A stretch of 6,624 bases of DNA. Origin: Octopus sinensis (Eukaryota). The position numbers and the translations under genes are program-made. A model generated the notes under the pieces. That model did not search any database, was not told the DNA's origin, and saw only the letters and a program-made list of their open reading frames with translations. The stretch is from contig NW_021829281.1 of the NCBI RefSeq assembly GCF_006345805.1, forward strand, positions 1-6,624, written 5' to 3'. Every line of letters starts with the position of its first letter. Positions within the stretch are counted from its first letter, which is position 1. This document shows positions 6,472 through 6,624 of the stretch, piece by piece.

Positions 6472-6624
6472 GTGGAGGCGCAATGGCCCAGTGGTTAGGG
6501 CAGCGGATTCGCGGTCATAGGTTTCGATTCCCAGACGCCGGGCGTTGTGAGTGTTTATTGTGCGAAAAAACCCTAAAAAGCTCCCGAGGCTCCGCGCGGA
6601 TGGTGGTGATCCATGCTGAATTTC
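6472..6624 (+). mobile_element. 5' part of SINE family A, truncated by the window end
   Basis: A box TGGCCCAGTGG at 6484..6494 and B-box-like GTTTCGATTCC at 6521..6531. Homologous to rc of 296..447, with a 7-bp deletion (ATCGCGG) and many small indels toward the end. Confidence 0.85.

Overview
This is eukaryotic, repeat-saturated non-coding DNA. It is most likely from an octopus/coleoid cephalopod, judged from my recollection of these SINE families and the TA/CA microsatellite load rather than a database search. No intact host CDS is supported. About three quarters of the window is accounted for by: three tRNA-derived SINE families (called A, B and C here); three 5'-truncated 3' ends of one CR1/L2-clade LINE with an (AGTTA)n tail on the + strand; a decayed, LINE-interrupted Tc1/mariner element; and micro/minisatellites. 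Only the ORFs at 2374..2673, 3180..3488 and 3188..3376 contain real protein remnants (LINE ORF2 C-terminus and mariner DNA-binding region); the rest are repeat artefacts. I found no new multi-gene system. The structures most worth a second look are: (1) a fold-back mariner whose 3' half is replaced by an inverted ~190-bp copy of its own 5' end just before the catalytic domain; (2) a SINE with a twin-priming-like inversion; (3) a SINE with a triplicated tRNA/Pol III head facing an inverted copy; (4) a LINE-LINE tandem with reconstructable target-site duplications and a junction microsatellite; and (5) a unique island at ~4570-5010 with minus-strand splice signals that may be the 5' UTR of a host gene.
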